Below are positions 31,501 to 42,118 of a stretch of DNA of 64,000 nt, one piece after another; within the stretch, counting starts at the first letter, position 1; the number at the start of each line of letters is the position of its first letter. Under the pieces are notes generated by a model. It saw only the letters and a program-made list of their open reading frames with translations, ran no database searches and was not told the DNA's origin. The position numbers and the translations under genes were made by a program. This stretch comes from Gammaproteobacteria bacterium (GTDB lineage: Bacteria > Pseudomonadota > Gammaproteobacteria > SG8-11), in contig JAHECY010000004.1 of assembly GCA_024641505.1 (NCBI GenBank), positions 37,133 to 101,132 on the forward strand. Reading direction: 5' to 3'.

Positions 31501-31811
31501 GGGAATTTTTACGGCTGTACATGAGCAACTATTACAAAGTGACCGGCCTGGATCCGGCCAGGGCCTATGATATTGCCGCGAGCTGGTATCTTTACTTCGC
31601 CAACGTGGATATTTATGTTTACCAGGACGCGGTTTTCACCAACTATGCCCAAGGCTGCGGGTATGCCGTGCATGCCGTCAGCGGTACGGAAACCTGCGCC
31701 GGTGCGCGGCCCAATGCGAGTGGCGAGCTGTATCTGCGCGTCTATAACAATTACATTGAGAATCAGTCATCTAACACGACATATACCTTGACCGTAGCCC
31801 CCAGTCCTTGA
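28542..31811 (+). CDS. Large repeat lipoprotein B, paralog of 25048-28323
   Basis: Lipobox ILAA-C; DDDNDSFGNLDEL; VVSVTPVPD...ARFNS; same module order and nearly identical length; ends TLTVAPSP versus VTVSVAP. Confidence 0.8.
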   Translation: MLRATILYFLITSISLILAACESGGRDKDNSPSRSHSAFTAPLPESVLLALREPEQPMLTLDAVADRAAVPPGIIIGITITDLNLDTGSVAGTFNVPLSPEIHSLELQFYLTYPEIEAPVLVALTAARDFAVGAAARLDFSGVVFDLTLDDDNDSFGNLDELRARADPYSAESVPLRVVSVTPVPDDVAAGVMPKISARFNSAPAPASFADGGFSLTGPDGAVQGAVAVNDMVMVFSPVQALARDATYTVTLAPTVYGENGTMLVQSFIWIFHTVAGALELPAALLPYDGVLEAGTVRGYRITGLAPGAAFIATLGGLSGNIDLAVHADDTFSDANCVATHAGLQAESCGAQVDAGGMLYLQLLGGALESDGAFSLALTPVTGLFTNQQLSGAVGIDSQHFLITGLVPGAPTLVELTGLSGGNADLAVYTDVFNTRSCRSQRGAGRYEGEVQVLMANEGCVATANTQGQLYVEVTGVALDPNDMATEIAFTLSYGAPVTTDAGLSLPVVVADVPRLLDYYLVSGLQPDARYVVDYKPGRVDYDFSPKLYSYRDAGFSTDALSACWDSVSLCTATTNGVGELYLAVDRVLATDAAGYEFNVYPWKAINREQLPYPFVSGNGPEFLVVQGLAKNYVHRGMLRNDDPDAGLTNGLHATVEGVYSADDFASKFCFNNSYDACDSTLDTLQGLPNDAGELYVYITTHSAMVHNHTFTIAPQLGYNSPHPLPFTETVAKGIHDFVVTADVNKLAFILSGMSDNADLRVFYRSLAVSDCDSALMYDVGGKPAVEFCGVHQGSYAAMMPEVFLVRVDASATASGTSFTLDSRSFYPDVSGAVSVMPRGFGAVSPTGTPTSDFDPVFVPERIDPVSTSQRPGIWAGRGYHFYEVYSLHPDAGYTFTLGGTLASAPITLTAYTGAISAGAADCQATTAAPSCAVHADATGTLRVAVMTSPTLITDAPYTLALARAGDAPAVMPLVMDAPGASLSLAGEFLRLYMSNYYKVTGLDPARAYDIAASWYLYFANVDIYVYQDAVFTNYAQGCGYAVHAVSGTETCAGARPNASGELYLRVYNNYIENQSSNTTYTLTVAPSP

Positions 31812-31912
31812 AATTTATACGTGCCATCAGCCGCAAGCGGGTGCCCGGCTTTTGGTGAAAATGCCTGCGTTATGCTAAGCTTGCGGGCTATTTTTGCTGC
31901 AGATGGACGACT

Positions 31913-34900
31913 ATGGATCGGCAACAACGTATTACCGCCCTGAGCGTCGCGCTCAAAGAACGCATTCTTATTCTCGATGGCGCCATGGGTACCATGATTC
32001 AGCGTCATAAGCTGGACGAAGGCGCTTTCCGTGGGGCGCGCTTTCGCGATCACCCTTGTGACTTAAAGGGTAACAATGACTTGCTGGTGCTCACCCAGCC
32101 GGAAATCATCAAGGGTATCCACCGGGCGTATCTCGAGGCCGGCGCCGATATCCTGGAAACCAATACGTTCAACGGTACCGCCGTGGCCCAGGCGGATTAC
32201 CAGTTGGAATCCCTGGTGTATGAATTGAATCTGGAGGCGGCGCGCATCGCTCGGGACGTGGCGGACGAGGTGGAGGCGCAAACGCCGGAACGACCGCGCT
32301 ATGTGGCCGGGGTATTGGGGCCCACCAACCGCACCGCCTCGCTGTCACCCGATGTCAACAATCCGGGATTCCGCAACATCAGTTTTAGCGAGTTGGTAGC
32401 AGCCTATACGGAAGCGACCCGAGGCCTGATCGACGGCGGCGCCGACATTCTGCTGATAGAAACCATTTTTGATACCTTGAACGCCAAAGCGGCGATCTAC
32501 GCCGTGCGCCAGTATCTGGACCAGGTCGGCCTGGAATTGCCGATCATGATTTCCGGCACCATCACCGATGCCAGCGGCCGTACCCTTTCCGGCCAGACCG
32601 ACGTGGCGTTCTACAATTCGCTGCGCCATGCGCAGCCGCTGATGTTCGGATTCAACTGTGCGTTGGGCGCCAAGGAATTACGCCAGTACGTGGATACGCT
32701 CTCCGGTATCGCCGAGTGTTATGTCAGCGCCCATCCCAACGCCGGATTGCCCAATGAATTCGGCGGCTACGATGAAACACCGGCGATGATGGCGGCGCAC
32801 CTCAAGGAATGGGCGCAAAGCGGGTTTCTCAATCTGGTGGGTGGCTGTTGCGGCACCACGCCTGACCATATCCGGGCGGTCGCCGAGGCGGTAGCGGGAA
32901 TCCCCCCACGGGTGCCGCCCAGCATACCCGTGCAGTGCCGGCTGAGTGGATTGGAGCCTTTGAATATCGGTCCCGACTCCCTGTTCGTCAATGTCGGCGA
33001 ACGTACCAATGTCACCGGTTCCGCCCGCTTCAAAAAATTGATCCTCAACGGCGAATACGATGCGGCCTTGGAAGTGGCGCGCGATCAGGTGGCCAATGGC
33101 GCGCAGGTGATCGATATCAACATGGACGAAGGTATGCTCGACGGTGAGCATGCCATGGGACATTTTCTCAACCTCATCGCCGCGGAACCGGAAATCGCCC
33201 GCGTACCGGTAATGGTGGATTCGTCAAAGTGGAGTATTCTGGAAACCGGCATGCAGCGTATCCAGGGTAAGGGCATCGTCAATTCCATCAGTCTCAAGGA
33301 AGGCGAGGCCGCTTTTATCGCTCACGCCCGGGCGGTGCGGCTATATGGTTGCGCGGTCATCGTCATGGCGTTCGACGAGCAGGGTCAGGCGGATAGTTTT
33401 ACGCGTAAAGTCGAAATCTGTACCCGTTCCTATAATATCCTAACCGAACAATTGGGCTTTCCCCCGGAAGATATTATTTTTGATCCCAATATCTTTGCCG
33501 TTGCTACCGGTATCGACGAGCATAACAATTATGCGGTGGATTTCATCGAGGCTACACGTGCCATCAAGCAAGAGCTGCCGCATGCCATGATTTCCGGGGG
33601 CGTGTCCAACGTGTCATTCTCCTTCCGCGGTAACGACACCGTGCGCGAGGCGATTCACGCGGTGTTCCTGTATCACGCCATCAAGGCCGGCATGGACATG
33701 GGTATCGTCAATGCCGGACAACTGGCGGTGTATGACGAGTTGCCCGTTGAGTTGCGTGAGCGCGTGGAAGATGTGGTGCTGAATCGTGGTGCTGACGCGA
33801 CCGATCGTTTGCTGAGTATTGCCGAGCAATACCGGGGCAGTGGCACCGTCGCCGCCCGTGAGCAGGACTTGGCCTGGCGTGAATTGCCAGCGGCGCAACG
33901 CTTGTCGCACGCGCTGGTAAAAGGCATCGACCAGTACGTGGAGCAGGATACCGAAGAGGCGCGCCAGTTATTCGAACGCCCCATTCAGGTGATCGAAGGT
34001 CCGCTCATGGACGGCATGAATACCGTGGGCGATCTGTTTGGTGAAGGCAAGATGTTCCTGCCGCAGGTGGTGAAGTCGGCCCGGGTGATGAAAAAAGCAG
34101 TCGCCTATTTGATTCCGTTTATCGAGCAGGAGAAAGCCGCCGGTGCCAGCAGCAGTAACGGCAAGATTCTGATGGCCACGGTCAAGGGCGACGTGCACGA
34201 CATTGGTAAGAACATCGTGGGCGTAGTGCTGCAATGCAATAATTTTGAAGTCATCGATCTGGGCGTGATGGTGCCGGCGGCCAAGATTCTGGAAGCGGCG
34301 CGCCGGGAACAAGTGGATATCATCGGCCTCTCCGGCTTGATTACCCCGTCCCTGGAAGAAATGGCGCATATGGCCAAGGAGATGCAGCGCGAGGGTTTTA
34401 CCATACCATTGCTCATCGGCGGTGCCACAACTTCACGCGCCCATACCGCCCTCAAGATCGAACCCGGGTACGAGCATCCCGTGGTCTGGGTAAAGGATGC
34501 GTCGCGCGCCGTGGGGGTCGCCCAGAATCTCATCAGCCCCGACCTCAAGGCGCCGTTCGTGGCGAAGATTCGTGACGAATATACCGAATTGCGTGCGCAA
34601 TACGCCCAGAAAGCGGGGCGCATTCAGCTGCTGTCGCTCGCCGAGTCACGCGCCAATAAGGTCGCCATCGATTGGCAATCCTATCAACCGCCGGTGCCGG
34701 TGCATCAGGATCTGCAGGTATTTCATGACTATCCGCTGGAAGAATTGCGCGCCTACATCGACTGGACGCCGTTTTTCCATACCTGGGAAATGAAGGGCAG
34801 TTATCCCAAGATCCTCACGGATGCCGACAAGGGCGTGGAGGCGCAAAAACTGTTCAACGATGCCCAGCACATGCTGGACACCGTCATTCGGGAAAAATGG

Positions 34901-35596
34901 TTGACCGCCCGGGCGGTGCTGCGTTTGTTTCCCGCGAACAGTGTTGGTGACGACGTCGAGATCTATGATGCACCCGGCGGTCGGGTTCAGGCGATCGTAC
35001 ACTTTTTGCGACAGCAGGACGTCAAAGCGGAAGGTGTGCACAATCGCTGTCTGGCGGATTTTGTGGCGCCCCGCGGGTCCGGATTGCAGGATTATTTAGG
35101 CATGTTCGCGGTAACCGCCGGCATCGGTATCGATGCCCATGTGGCCCGGTTCGAGCAGGCCCATGATGATTATCACGCGATCATGTTGAAGGCGCTGGCG
35201 GATCGTCTGGCGGAAGCTTTCGCCGAACGCCTGCACGAACGGGTGCGCAAGGAATTCTGGGCCTATACGGCGGCGGAAAGTCTCGATAATGAGGCGTTGA
35301 TCCGGGAGCGCTACCAGGGAATTCGACCTGCGCCGGGGTATCCCGCATGCCCGGAGCATACGGAGAAAGCCACGATCTGGGAATTGTTGCAGGTGGAAAA
35401 GAATGCTGATATTGCCTTGACCAGCAGCTATGCCATGATGCCGGCGGCGTCCGTGAGCGGCTATTATTTTTCGCATCCGGAATCCAAGTATTTTGCCATC
35501 GGTAAGTTGCAGCGCGATCAGCTCGAAGATTATGCGGCGCGCAAAAGCATGACGGTGCAGGATATGGAATATTGGCTGGCACCCAACTTACTGTGA
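31913..35596 (+). CDS. metH: Cobalamin-dependent methionine synthase
   Basis: [54 protein letters not shown]. Confidence 0.98.
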   Translation: MDRQQRITALSVALKERILILDGAMGTMIQRHKLDEGAFRGARFRDHPCDLKGNNDLLVLTQPEIIKGIHRAYLEAGADILETNTFNGTAVAQADYQLESLVYELNLEAARIARDVADEVEAQTPERPRYVAGVLGPTNRTASLSPDVNNPGFRNISFSELVAAYTEATRGLIDGGADILLIETIFDTLNAKAAIYAVRQYLDQVGLELPIMISGTITDASGRTLSGQTDVAFYNSLRHAQPLMFGFNCALGAKELRQYVDTLSGIAECYVSAHPNAGLPNEFGGYDETPAMMAAHLKEWAQSGFLNLVGGCCGTTPDHIRAVAEAVAGIPPRVPPSIPVQCRLSGLEPLNIGPDSLFVNVGERTNVTGSARFKKLILNGEYDAALEVARDQVANGAQVIDINMDEGMLDGEHAMGHFLNLIAAEPEIARVPVMVDSSKWSILETGMQRIQGKGIVNSISLKEGEAAFIAHARAVRLYGCAVIVMAFDEQGQADSFTRKVEICTRSYNILTEQLGFPPEDIIFDPNIFAVATGIDEHNNYAVDFIEATRAIKQELPHAMISGGVSNVSFSFRGNDTVREAIHAVFLYHAIKAGMDMGIVNAGQLAVYDELPVELRERVEDVVLNRGADATDRLLSIAEQYRGSGTVAAREQDLAWRELPAAQRLSHALVKGIDQYVEQDTEEARQLFERPIQVIEGPLMDGMNTVGDLFGEGKMFLPQVVKSARVMKKAVAYLIPFIEQEKAAGASSSNGKILMATVKGDVHDIGKNIVGVVLQCNNFEVIDLGVMVPAAKILEAARREQVDIIGLSGLITPSLEEMAHMAKEMQREGFTIPLLIGGATTSRAHTALKIEPGYEHPVVWVKDASRAVGVAQNLISPDLKAPFVAKIRDEYTELRAQYAQKAGRIQLLSLAESRANKVAIDWQSYQPPVPVHQDLQVFHDYPLEELRAYIDWTPFFHTWEMKGSYPKILTDADKGVEAQKLFNDAQHMLDTVIREKWLTARAVLRLFPANSVGDDVEIYDAPGGRVQAIVHFLRQQDVKAEGVHNRCLADFVAPRGSGLQDYLGMFAVTAGIGIDAHVARFEQAHDDYHAIMLKALADRLAEAFAERLHERVRKEFWAYTAAESLDNEALIRERYQGIRPAPGYPACPEHTEKATIWELLQVEKNADIALTSSYAMMPAASVSGYYFSHPESKYFAIGKLQRDQLEDYAARKSMTVQDMEYWLAPNLL

Positions 35597-35896
35597 GTAA
35601 TGATTCAAGGAACTGAGTTATTTAACAGTGCTCCAATATACCGCAATAATATAATCGGTAAGATATCTCTGGAATATATGTAATATTAATCGAGAACGAT
35701 GGTCTATCCTGGGCATTGCCCATTTGTTTTGGGCGCGAGAGTCGTTATGATGCAAGACTGGGTGGGGGTGAATATACCGCGCTATAAATAATTTTTTCGA
35801 GAATTATTCTAGCGTGTACAAATTAGACGTAACAGTGTATACATCTTCGACTTATCATTTTTATTTATCGATCGTAGTACATTCAGGAGTGGAGAG

Positions 35897-36331
35897 ATGA
35901 GCAATATGAGAAAAGTAACGATGGGATTGGTTCTGGCCGGCGCCATGATGGCTGCTTTTGGAACTGCCATGGCTGAAGGTAAACACAAAGTCGTAATTCA
36001 AGTCAGCAGCGACGATCCTACGACTCAGAAAATCGCGTTGAATAACGCCGTGAATGTCCAGAAAGATCTGGGCATGGATAATGTTGACATCGAAATCGTC
36101 GCCTACGGTCCTGGTCTGGGTCTGTTGACGGTCAAGAGCGAAGAATCTGCGCGTGTAAAGAGCCTGGCCATGCAGAACATCACTTTCAGCGCTTGTGGCA
36201 ACACCATGAAGAAAGTGGCTGAAAAAACCGGTAAAGAACCGCAACTGACCGAAGGTGTGAAAGTGGTTAGTGCTGGCGTTATCCGTATCATGGAACTGCA
36301 GGAAAGCGGCTACTCCTACGTACGCCCCTAA
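35897..36331 (+). CDS. Periplasmic DsrE/DsrF-like protein
   Basis: Signal peptide (AMA-E), VVIQVS, EIVAYGPGL, FSACGNTM, GYSYVRP. Confidence 0.85.
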   Translation: MSNMRKVTMGLVLAGAMMAAFGTAMAEGKHKVVIQVSSDDPTTQKIALNNAVNVQKDLGMDNVDIEIVAYGPGLGLLTVKSEESARVKSLAMQNITFSACGNTMKKVAEKTGKEPQLTEGVKVVSAGVIRIMELQESGYSYVRP

Positions 36332-36378
36332 TTTGACATAACTGCCGTTAAGGCCGAGATTGTAAAATTAGCTAGATC

Positions 36379-36412
36379 AAAGGCAGGTAACGAGAGTTAC
36401 CTGCCTTTTTTT
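36379..36412 (+). terminator. Rho-independent terminator
   Basis: AAAGGCAGGTAAC-gaga-GTTACCTGCC-TTTTTTT. Confidence 0.9.
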
Positions 36413-36598
36413 ATAAAACCTGATTTATCTAAGTATAATAATTATTAGATTTGAAATTTGAGGTAAAATGTCGGATATTGGGTGTCCTTTGTCGGGGTTA
36501 GGCAAAGGCGGCGATGCCTGTGGGGGAAACAGGATAAGTTCGGACAATTCATTGAGAAATACCATCAAAAAGTATTTTCCGTATTGGAGGAGAGCAAA

Positions 36599-37594
36599 AT
36601 GACAGTTACACGTAATATATTTGCGGCTTTAGTGACTATGGCACTGGCCCCAGTGTTTGTAGGAAACCAGGTTCTTGCTGCCGGGGAAGAAGAAGCGGAT
36701 GCAGGCCATGGGGCTGATTACCGGACTTTCCATGCCGATGGCAATATTGAAATGGGCAATATCGGCGATTCATACAAAGCTGATCTGGTCATGTACCTGG
36801 CCGGTAACCAGTTCATGGTGATGGAAGAACTGATCAAGGATTTTCAGAAAAAGAACCCGGATATCAAAACCGTTTATGTGGAAACCATTCCCCCCGGCCA
36901 GATTCTGAATGCCCAGCTGATGAAGCAGGGTGAGATTGAAGGCCAGAAGACTTCCATGGATCCCGATATCTATGCCAGCGTTAACCTGGGGCACCTGAAG
37001 AAATTGAAGGGTGAAGGCAAAATGGATCAGTTCATGACCTACACCCATAACAAACTGGAATTGATGGTCGCTTCGGGCAACCCCAAGAAAATTGATGGTC
37101 CCAAGGATCTGGCGCGTGACGATATCGTGCAGTCCCATCCCAATCCCATTACCGAAGGCATTTTCAAGTTTTACGGTTCCGAAATGCTGAAGGACCTGGG
37201 TGTGTACGAAAAGGTTACCGGCAACAAAGAATGTAAAGAATGCTGGGCTGTCGATGGCAAAACCTGGTTCACTGCCCGTCACCATCGCGAAACCCCCGAT
37301 CGGATCGAAAAAGGTGAAGCGGACGTGGGTATCGTTTGGACCACTGAAGTGGTGCATGCCAAGAAGGAAGGCCGTAAAGTTGACGGCGTTGCCATTCCAG
37401 AACCTTACAATAAGGTCGATAAAGTAGGTTATGCCATTGGTGCCTACAAAACCGGTAAAAACCAAAAGAACGCACAAGCTTACCTGGCGTATCTGGCTTC
37501 CGCCGATGCCCAGGATATCTATGCGAAATATGGGTTCATCAAGGCCAAGGCCGATGAGCTGAAATTGAAGCCGATTCCTGACGCCAAGAAATAA
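36599..37594 (+). CDS. ModA-like periplasmic oxyanion-binding protein (orphan)
   Basis: RBS GGAG, signal peptide, AGNQFMVM, ETIPPG, GNPKKI..DL, HHRETP, GEADVGIVWTTE, IYAKYGF. Confidence 0.8.
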   Translation: MTVTRNIFAALVTMALAPVFVGNQVLAAGEEEADAGHGADYRTFHADGNIEMGNIGDSYKADLVMYLAGNQFMVMEELIKDFQKKNPDIKTVYVETIPPGQILNAQLMKQGEIEGQKTSMDPDIYASVNLGHLKKLKGEGKMDQFMTYTHNKLELMVASGNPKKIDGPKDLARDDIVQSHPNPITEGIFKFYGSEMLKDLGVYEKVTGNKECKECWAVDGKTWFTARHHRETPDRIEKGEADVGIVWTTEVVHAKKEGRKVDGVAIPEPYNKVDKVGYAIGAYKTGKNQKNAQAYLAYLASADAQDIYAKYGFIKAKADELKLKPIPDAKK

Positions 37595-37619
37595 GTTTTT
37601 TCCTGGTTTTCAGTATTCG

Positions 37620-37648
37620 AGACCGCCCTCTTCGGAGGGCGGTTTTTT
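37620..37648 (+). terminator. Rho-independent terminator
   Basis: AGACCGCCCTC-ttcg-GAGGGCGG-TTTTTT (C-UUCG-G tetraloop). Confidence 0.9.
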
Positions 37649-37748
37649 GTTATTTTAAAGCATTGAAAACCGTTACGGCGCGCTGTTTGCACCGTTGTGA
37701 TTAATAGACCTTAGAAGGACAGGTGTCTAATCCACACCAACATTCAAA

Positions 37749-39575
37749 ATGATCGAGAAAATTCGCAATATCGCTATTATCGCCCACGTTGACCATGGCA
37801 AGACCACATTGGTGGACCAGTTGTTGAGGCAGTCAGGCACTCTTACCGAACGGGGTGATGACTCACGCCGTGAGCGTCTCATGGATTCCAATGCGCTGGA
37901 ACAGGAGCGTGGGATTACCATTCTGGCTAAGAACACCGCCGTGGACTGGCAGGGCTATCATATCAATATCGTGGATACTCCCGGTCACGCGGATTTCGGT
38001 GGCGAGGTAGAGCGCGTGCTTTCCATGGTCGATTCCGTACTTTTGCTGGTTGACGCGGTCGATGGTCCAATGCCACAGACCCGGTTTGTTACCCAAAAGG
38101 CGTTTGCCTTGGGGTTGCATCCGATTGTCGTCATCAACAAAATCGACCGGCCGGGCGCACGTCCAGCCTGGGTGCTGGACCAAACTTTCGATTTATTCGA
38201 CCGTTTGGGGGCCACGGAAGCACAGTTGGATTTTCCGGTAGTGTATGCCTCGGCGCTGCAGGGTTATGCAGGCCTGGCGGCGGACAAGCCTGCCAAAGAT
38301 ATGGCGCCATTGTTCGACACGATTATAAATAAGGTGCCACCGCCTGAAGTAGATCGTAACGGTCCTTTTCAAATGCAGATTTCCACTTTGGACTACAACA
38401 GTTACGTGGGAGTTATCGGCATTGGTCGCATCAAGCGCGGCAGCATCAAACCCAATACCAATGTCGTAGTGCTGGACCGGGAAGGCGGCCGCCGTAATGG
38501 CCGCATTCTGCAGGTGCTTGGTTTCAGAGGGCTGGAACGGTTACAGGTGACTGAAGCCTATGCTGGAAATATTGTGGCCATCAGTGGTATCGATGCGTTG
38601 AACATATCCGACACCCTGTGTGACCCGCTGCAGGCGGAAGTTTTGCCGCCGTTGATGGTGGATGAGCCCACGATCAGCATGACTTTCCAGGTGAACACCT
38701 CGCCATTTGCGGGTAAAGACGGCAAATATGTAACGTCACGCCAAATTCGGGACCGGTTGCAGCGCGAATTGCTGCATAACGTGGCATTACGCGTACAGGA
38801 TACGGCGGATCCGGATAAATTCAGGGTATCGGGACGCGGTGAGTTGCATCTGGCCGTGCTCATTGAGAACATGCGACGCGAAGGGTTTGAGCTGGGCGTG
38901 TCCCGGCCGGAAGTTATCGTCAAGGAAATCGATGGCGTGCGGTGTGAACCCTATGAGCAGGTTACCATTGATGTGGAAGATCAGCACCAGGGCGCGATCA
39001 TGGAAAAAATGGGTACTCGTGGCGCTGAATTGCGCAATATGGTTCCCGATGGCAAGGGCCGGGTACGCCTGGAATATGTGATTCCTTCCCGCGGCCTGAT
39101 CGGTTTTCGTACTGAATTTCTGACATCGACCTCGGGCACTGGATTGCTGTACAGCATTTTCGATCATTACGGTCCGGTAAAGATGGGTGATTACGGTCAA
39201 CGTAACAACGGTGTGCTGATCGCCAATGGCGCCGGCAAGTGTCTGGGATTCGCGTTGTTCAATCTTCAGGAGCGCGGACGTCTGTTTGTCAGCCCTGGCG
39301 TAGAAGTGTACGAGGGCATGATCGTCGGCATTCATTCTCGTGACAATGATCTGGTGGTCAACCCGCTGAAGGGCAAGCAACTGACCAATATGCGTGCTTC
39401 CGGTTCCGACGAAAATATTGTGCTGACCCCGCCGATCGAAATGACTTTGGAAAAGTCGCTCGAATTCATCGATGATGATGAGTTGGTGGAGGTAACGCCG
39501 AAGACCATTCGGATGCGCAAGAAGCGTCTTAAAGAGCATGAACGCAAGAAGGATTCACGACAAAAAGATGCGTAG
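37749..39575 (+). CDS. typA: Translational GTPase TypA/BipA
   Basis: [47 protein letters not shown]. Confidence 0.98.
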   Translation: MIEKIRNIAIIAHVDHGKTTLVDQLLRQSGTLTERGDDSRRERLMDSNALEQERGITILAKNTAVDWQGYHINIVDTPGHADFGGEVERVLSMVDSVLLLVDAVDGPMPQTRFVTQKAFALGLHPIVVINKIDRPGARPAWVLDQTFDLFDRLGATEAQLDFPVVYASALQGYAGLAADKPAKDMAPLFDTIINKVPPPEVDRNGPFQMQISTLDYNSYVGVIGIGRIKRGSIKPNTNVVVLDREGGRRNGRILQVLGFRGLERLQVTEAYAGNIVAISGIDALNISDTLCDPLQAEVLPPLMVDEPTISMTFQVNTSPFAGKDGKYVTSRQIRDRLQRELLHNVALRVQDTADPDKFRVSGRGELHLAVLIENMRREGFELGVSRPEVIVKEIDGVRCEPYEQVTIDVEDQHQGAIMEKMGTRGAELRNMVPDGKGRVRLEYVIPSRGLIGFRTEFLTSTSGTGLLYSIFDHYGPVKMGDYGQRNNGVLIANGAGKCLGFALFNLQERGRLFVSPGVEVYEGMIVGIHSRDNDLVVNPLKGKQLTNMRASGSDENIVLTPPIEMTLEKSLEFIDDDELVEVTPKTIRMRKKRLKEHERKKDSRQKDA

Positions 39576-39813
39576 GGTGTGCGTATTACGCACCGCTTTT
39601 TTAGTGCAAGATAAAAGACCCGATCCCAGGCGTCTCCGTTCAGAATTTCCCACCCGCTTTCCGTAGCGGCGGGGATCTAAGCGGGGACGTGCTTATGTCT
39701 GTCGCCTGAGGGCGGGATGCCCGGAGCGGGGGGCGCTTGCGAGCCCCCAGGGATCGGTTCATGGCGGTCCTGGCAACGGCACCCTCACCGCTACCGCAGG
39801 CGGGAAATGTGGG
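39572..39813. repeat. Composite of REP-like and MITE-like non-coding repeats
   Basis: GTAG plus palindrome GTGCGT-att-ACGCAC at 39572-39594; imperfect inverted arms 39653-39673 and 39784-39804 (16/21 match) flanking a GC-rich core. Only one copy in this window. Confidence 0.5.
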
Positions 39814-40159
39814 GTATCACGTTTGTCTGCACCGCAACCCGACAGCAGGCCGAGCGGGGTGGGTATTGAACATCGGCTTTTTTAACCAGCACCGAGCGAC
39901 TTTGGCTTCGTTCTGCTTTATTCGACACTCCGCGGATGCGCGCCGGACGGATCCAAGACGTAACTATCTTTTGTCTTGCTCCTGCACGAACATCAGGGAG
40001 CCTGGCAAGTACCCTACGGTTTTGAAGACATTTCCCGCAACATTTATCTCTCATTACCTCCATCATGCTGTCGTGAGCACTTCAGCCTCGCCTTAATTTA
40101 TTGTTTTCCCTGTGATACAGTTGCCGTAACTTTACTGGTAGGTTTTTCGGGAGACGTGC

Positions 40160-40714
40160 ATGATCGGTAAGAAGAATGTGGTATTTGGCTTTTTATACTT
40201 GGTGCTGACGGCGGCTCTCGGGCCGTATATGGTGGTCAATCAAGTACCGACCATCGACGAAGCGAAAGCGCAGAAGCAGCAAATCGTCGGCGAGATCCAA
40301 CAACATAAGCTGGACAATTTCGAGAAAGATCTTGAGCCCATGACGGTGGAGGATATCGCCAAGGGCAACACCGGGGGATTGTTGAGCCTTAACAAGCTTT
40401 ACAATGCCGAAGATCCCAAGAACATGATCAAGGCCGGTCCCCATGCCCACGGCAACCTCGAAGCATTACTCAATATCGTGGCTGGCATCGCCCTGTGCTT
40501 TATCGCGGTGGCGCCCAAGCTGAAACAGGCGATTAGTTGGCTTTTTATTCTGGGTGCCGTGTTGCATTCGGGAGTTTTGTACCTGATGATAGTGTTCGAT
40601 CTCTATGCCATCGCACCGATAGCGCCGGCTGGCCCTATCATGTTACTGGCCGCGTTACTCCTGGCCGGAATTGCCGCGCTGCTGGGTTTTAAAGGCGAGC
40701 CGGTTCGTGATTAA
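40160..40714 (+). CDS. Conserved-looking 4-TM membrane protein with HAHGNL motif
   Basis: RBS GGAG, four hydrophobic segments, GPHAHGNLEALLNI and VLHSG. Confidence 0.75.
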   Translation: MIGKKNVVFGFLYLVLTAALGPYMVVNQVPTIDEAKAQKQQIVGEIQQHKLDNFEKDLEPMTVEDIAKGNTGGLLSLNKLYNAEDPKNMIKAGPHAHGNLEALLNIVAGIALCFIAVAPKLKQAISWLFILGAVLHSGVLYLMIVFDLYAIAPIAPAGPIMLLAALLLAGIAALLGFKGEPVRD

Positions 40715-40732
40715 CGGGGCATAAGGAATTTC

Positions 40733-41680
40733 ATGCGCCGACTTTATCCAGAAATTAAACCCTACATCACGCACAGTCTGGCGGTAGAACCGCCTCATTT
40801 GTTGTATGTCGAGGAGTGCGGGATTCCGGATGGCATCCCCGTGTTGTTTGTACACGGTGGACCGGGTGCCGGTTGCGAAACATTTCATCGCCGTTTTTTC
40901 GACCCGGAAAAATACCGAATTATACTGTTTGATCAGCGCGGCAGCGGTAAGTCTTCTCCCCATGCCACGCTGGAAAACAACACCAGCCAGGCGCTGGTGG
41001 CGGATATGGAATATGTGCGGGCGCATCTGGGTGTGGATAAATGGCTGCTGTTTGGTGGTTCCTGGGGTGCCACGTTGAGCCTGCTGTACGCACAGGCACA
41101 CCCCGAGCGTGTTGCGGGAATGGTGCTGCGTGGCATTTTTCTGGGGAGTGACAAGGAGTTGCACTGGTTCTATCAGGAAGGCGCCAGCAGCGTGTTTCCG
41201 GATTTCTGGCAGGATTTTATCCGGCCCATCGCCACCCAGGAACGCAAGGACATATTGTCGGCTTATTATCGGCGTCTTACCGGTAACGATGAAATTGCAC
41301 GTATGGCGGCGGCTAAGGCCTGGTCCATCTGGGAGGGCCGCTGCGCTACTCTCCGGCCGGTGGAGGAGGTCGTAAACCACTTCGGGAATCCTCATACCGC
41401 TCTGAGTCTGGCGCGTATCGAAAGTCATTTCTTTTTGAATAAGTGTTTTCTGGAGCCCAACCAGATTCTCAACAATATGGATAAACTGGCGGATATCCCC
41501 GCGTATATCGTGCATGGACGCTATGACATGATTTGTCCCGTGGAGCAAGCATGGCATCTGCATCAGGCCTGGCCCGGCGCCGAACTGCGAATCATCGCCG
41601 ATGCCGGACATGCAGCGTCGGAGCCCGCCACCACCGATGCGCTGGTGCGCATCATGGATGCGCTTGCGCGCCAGCGATGA
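40733..41680 (+). CDS. pip: Proline iminopeptidase
   Basis: HGGPG, FDQRGSG, FGGSWG, VHGRYD, DAGH catalytic motifs. Confidence 0.95.
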   Translation: MRRLYPEIKPYITHSLAVEPPHLLYVEECGIPDGIPVLFVHGGPGAGCETFHRRFFDPEKYRIILFDQRGSGKSSPHATLENNTSQALVADMEYVRAHLGVDKWLLFGGSWGATLSLLYAQAHPERVAGMVLRGIFLGSDKELHWFYQEGASSVFPDFWQDFIRPIATQERKDILSAYYRRLTGNDEIARMAAAKAWSIWEGRCATLRPVEEVVNHFGNPHTALSLARIESHFFLNKCFLEPNQILNNMDKLADIPAYIVHGRYDMICPVEQAWHLHQAWPGAELRIIADAGHAASEPATTDALVRIMDALARQR

Positions 41681-42114
41681 TCGCCTTGATCCAACGCGTC
41701 AGTAGCGCCCAGGTAAGCGTCGCCGGGGAGGTTATCGGCAGCATCGGTCGTGGCATACTGGTGTTGCTGGGTGTGGCCCGGGAGGATGACGCCTCGCGTG
41801 CGCAGCGATTGGTGGAGCGGGTGCTGGGTTATCGCATTTTTCCGGACACGGCGGACAAAATGAACCTCTCGGTGCAGGATATCGCCGGCGGCGTGCTGGT
41901 GGTATCGCAGTTTACTCTGGTGGCGGACACCAAAAAAGGCGCGCGCCCGAGTTTTTCCTCAGGCGCAGATCCGGTGCTGGGCGAGCAACTGTACGAATCT
42001 TTTATCGGCCATCTGCGTGCCCGGCATGCCCAGGTCGCGACCGGACGTTTTGGTGCGGACATGCAAGTGGCCCTGGTCAATGACGGACCGGTAACTTTTA
42101 TCCTGAACGGTTAG
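41677..42114 (+). CDS. dtd: D-aminoacyl-tRNA deacylase
   Basis: [31 protein letters not shown]; ATGA overlap with pip. Confidence 0.95.
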   Translation: MIALIQRVSSAQVSVAGEVIGSIGRGILVLLGVAREDDASRAQRLVERVLGYRIFPDTADKMNLSVQDIAGGVLVVSQFTLVADTKKGARPSFSSGADPVLGEQLYESFIGHLRARHAQVATGRFGADMQVALVNDGPVTFILNG

Positions 42115-42118
42115 CGCC

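Noticed and set aside
31812-31912. Cobalamin/SAM riboswitch before metH
   Set aside because: The spacer is only ~100 bp and no conserved riboswitch motifs were recognised.
39791-40066. 91-aa minus ORF with CCGKC and a GGAGG upstream of an internal ATG
   Set aside because: Arg-rich with no family motif, and it ends inside the repeat element; insufficient support.
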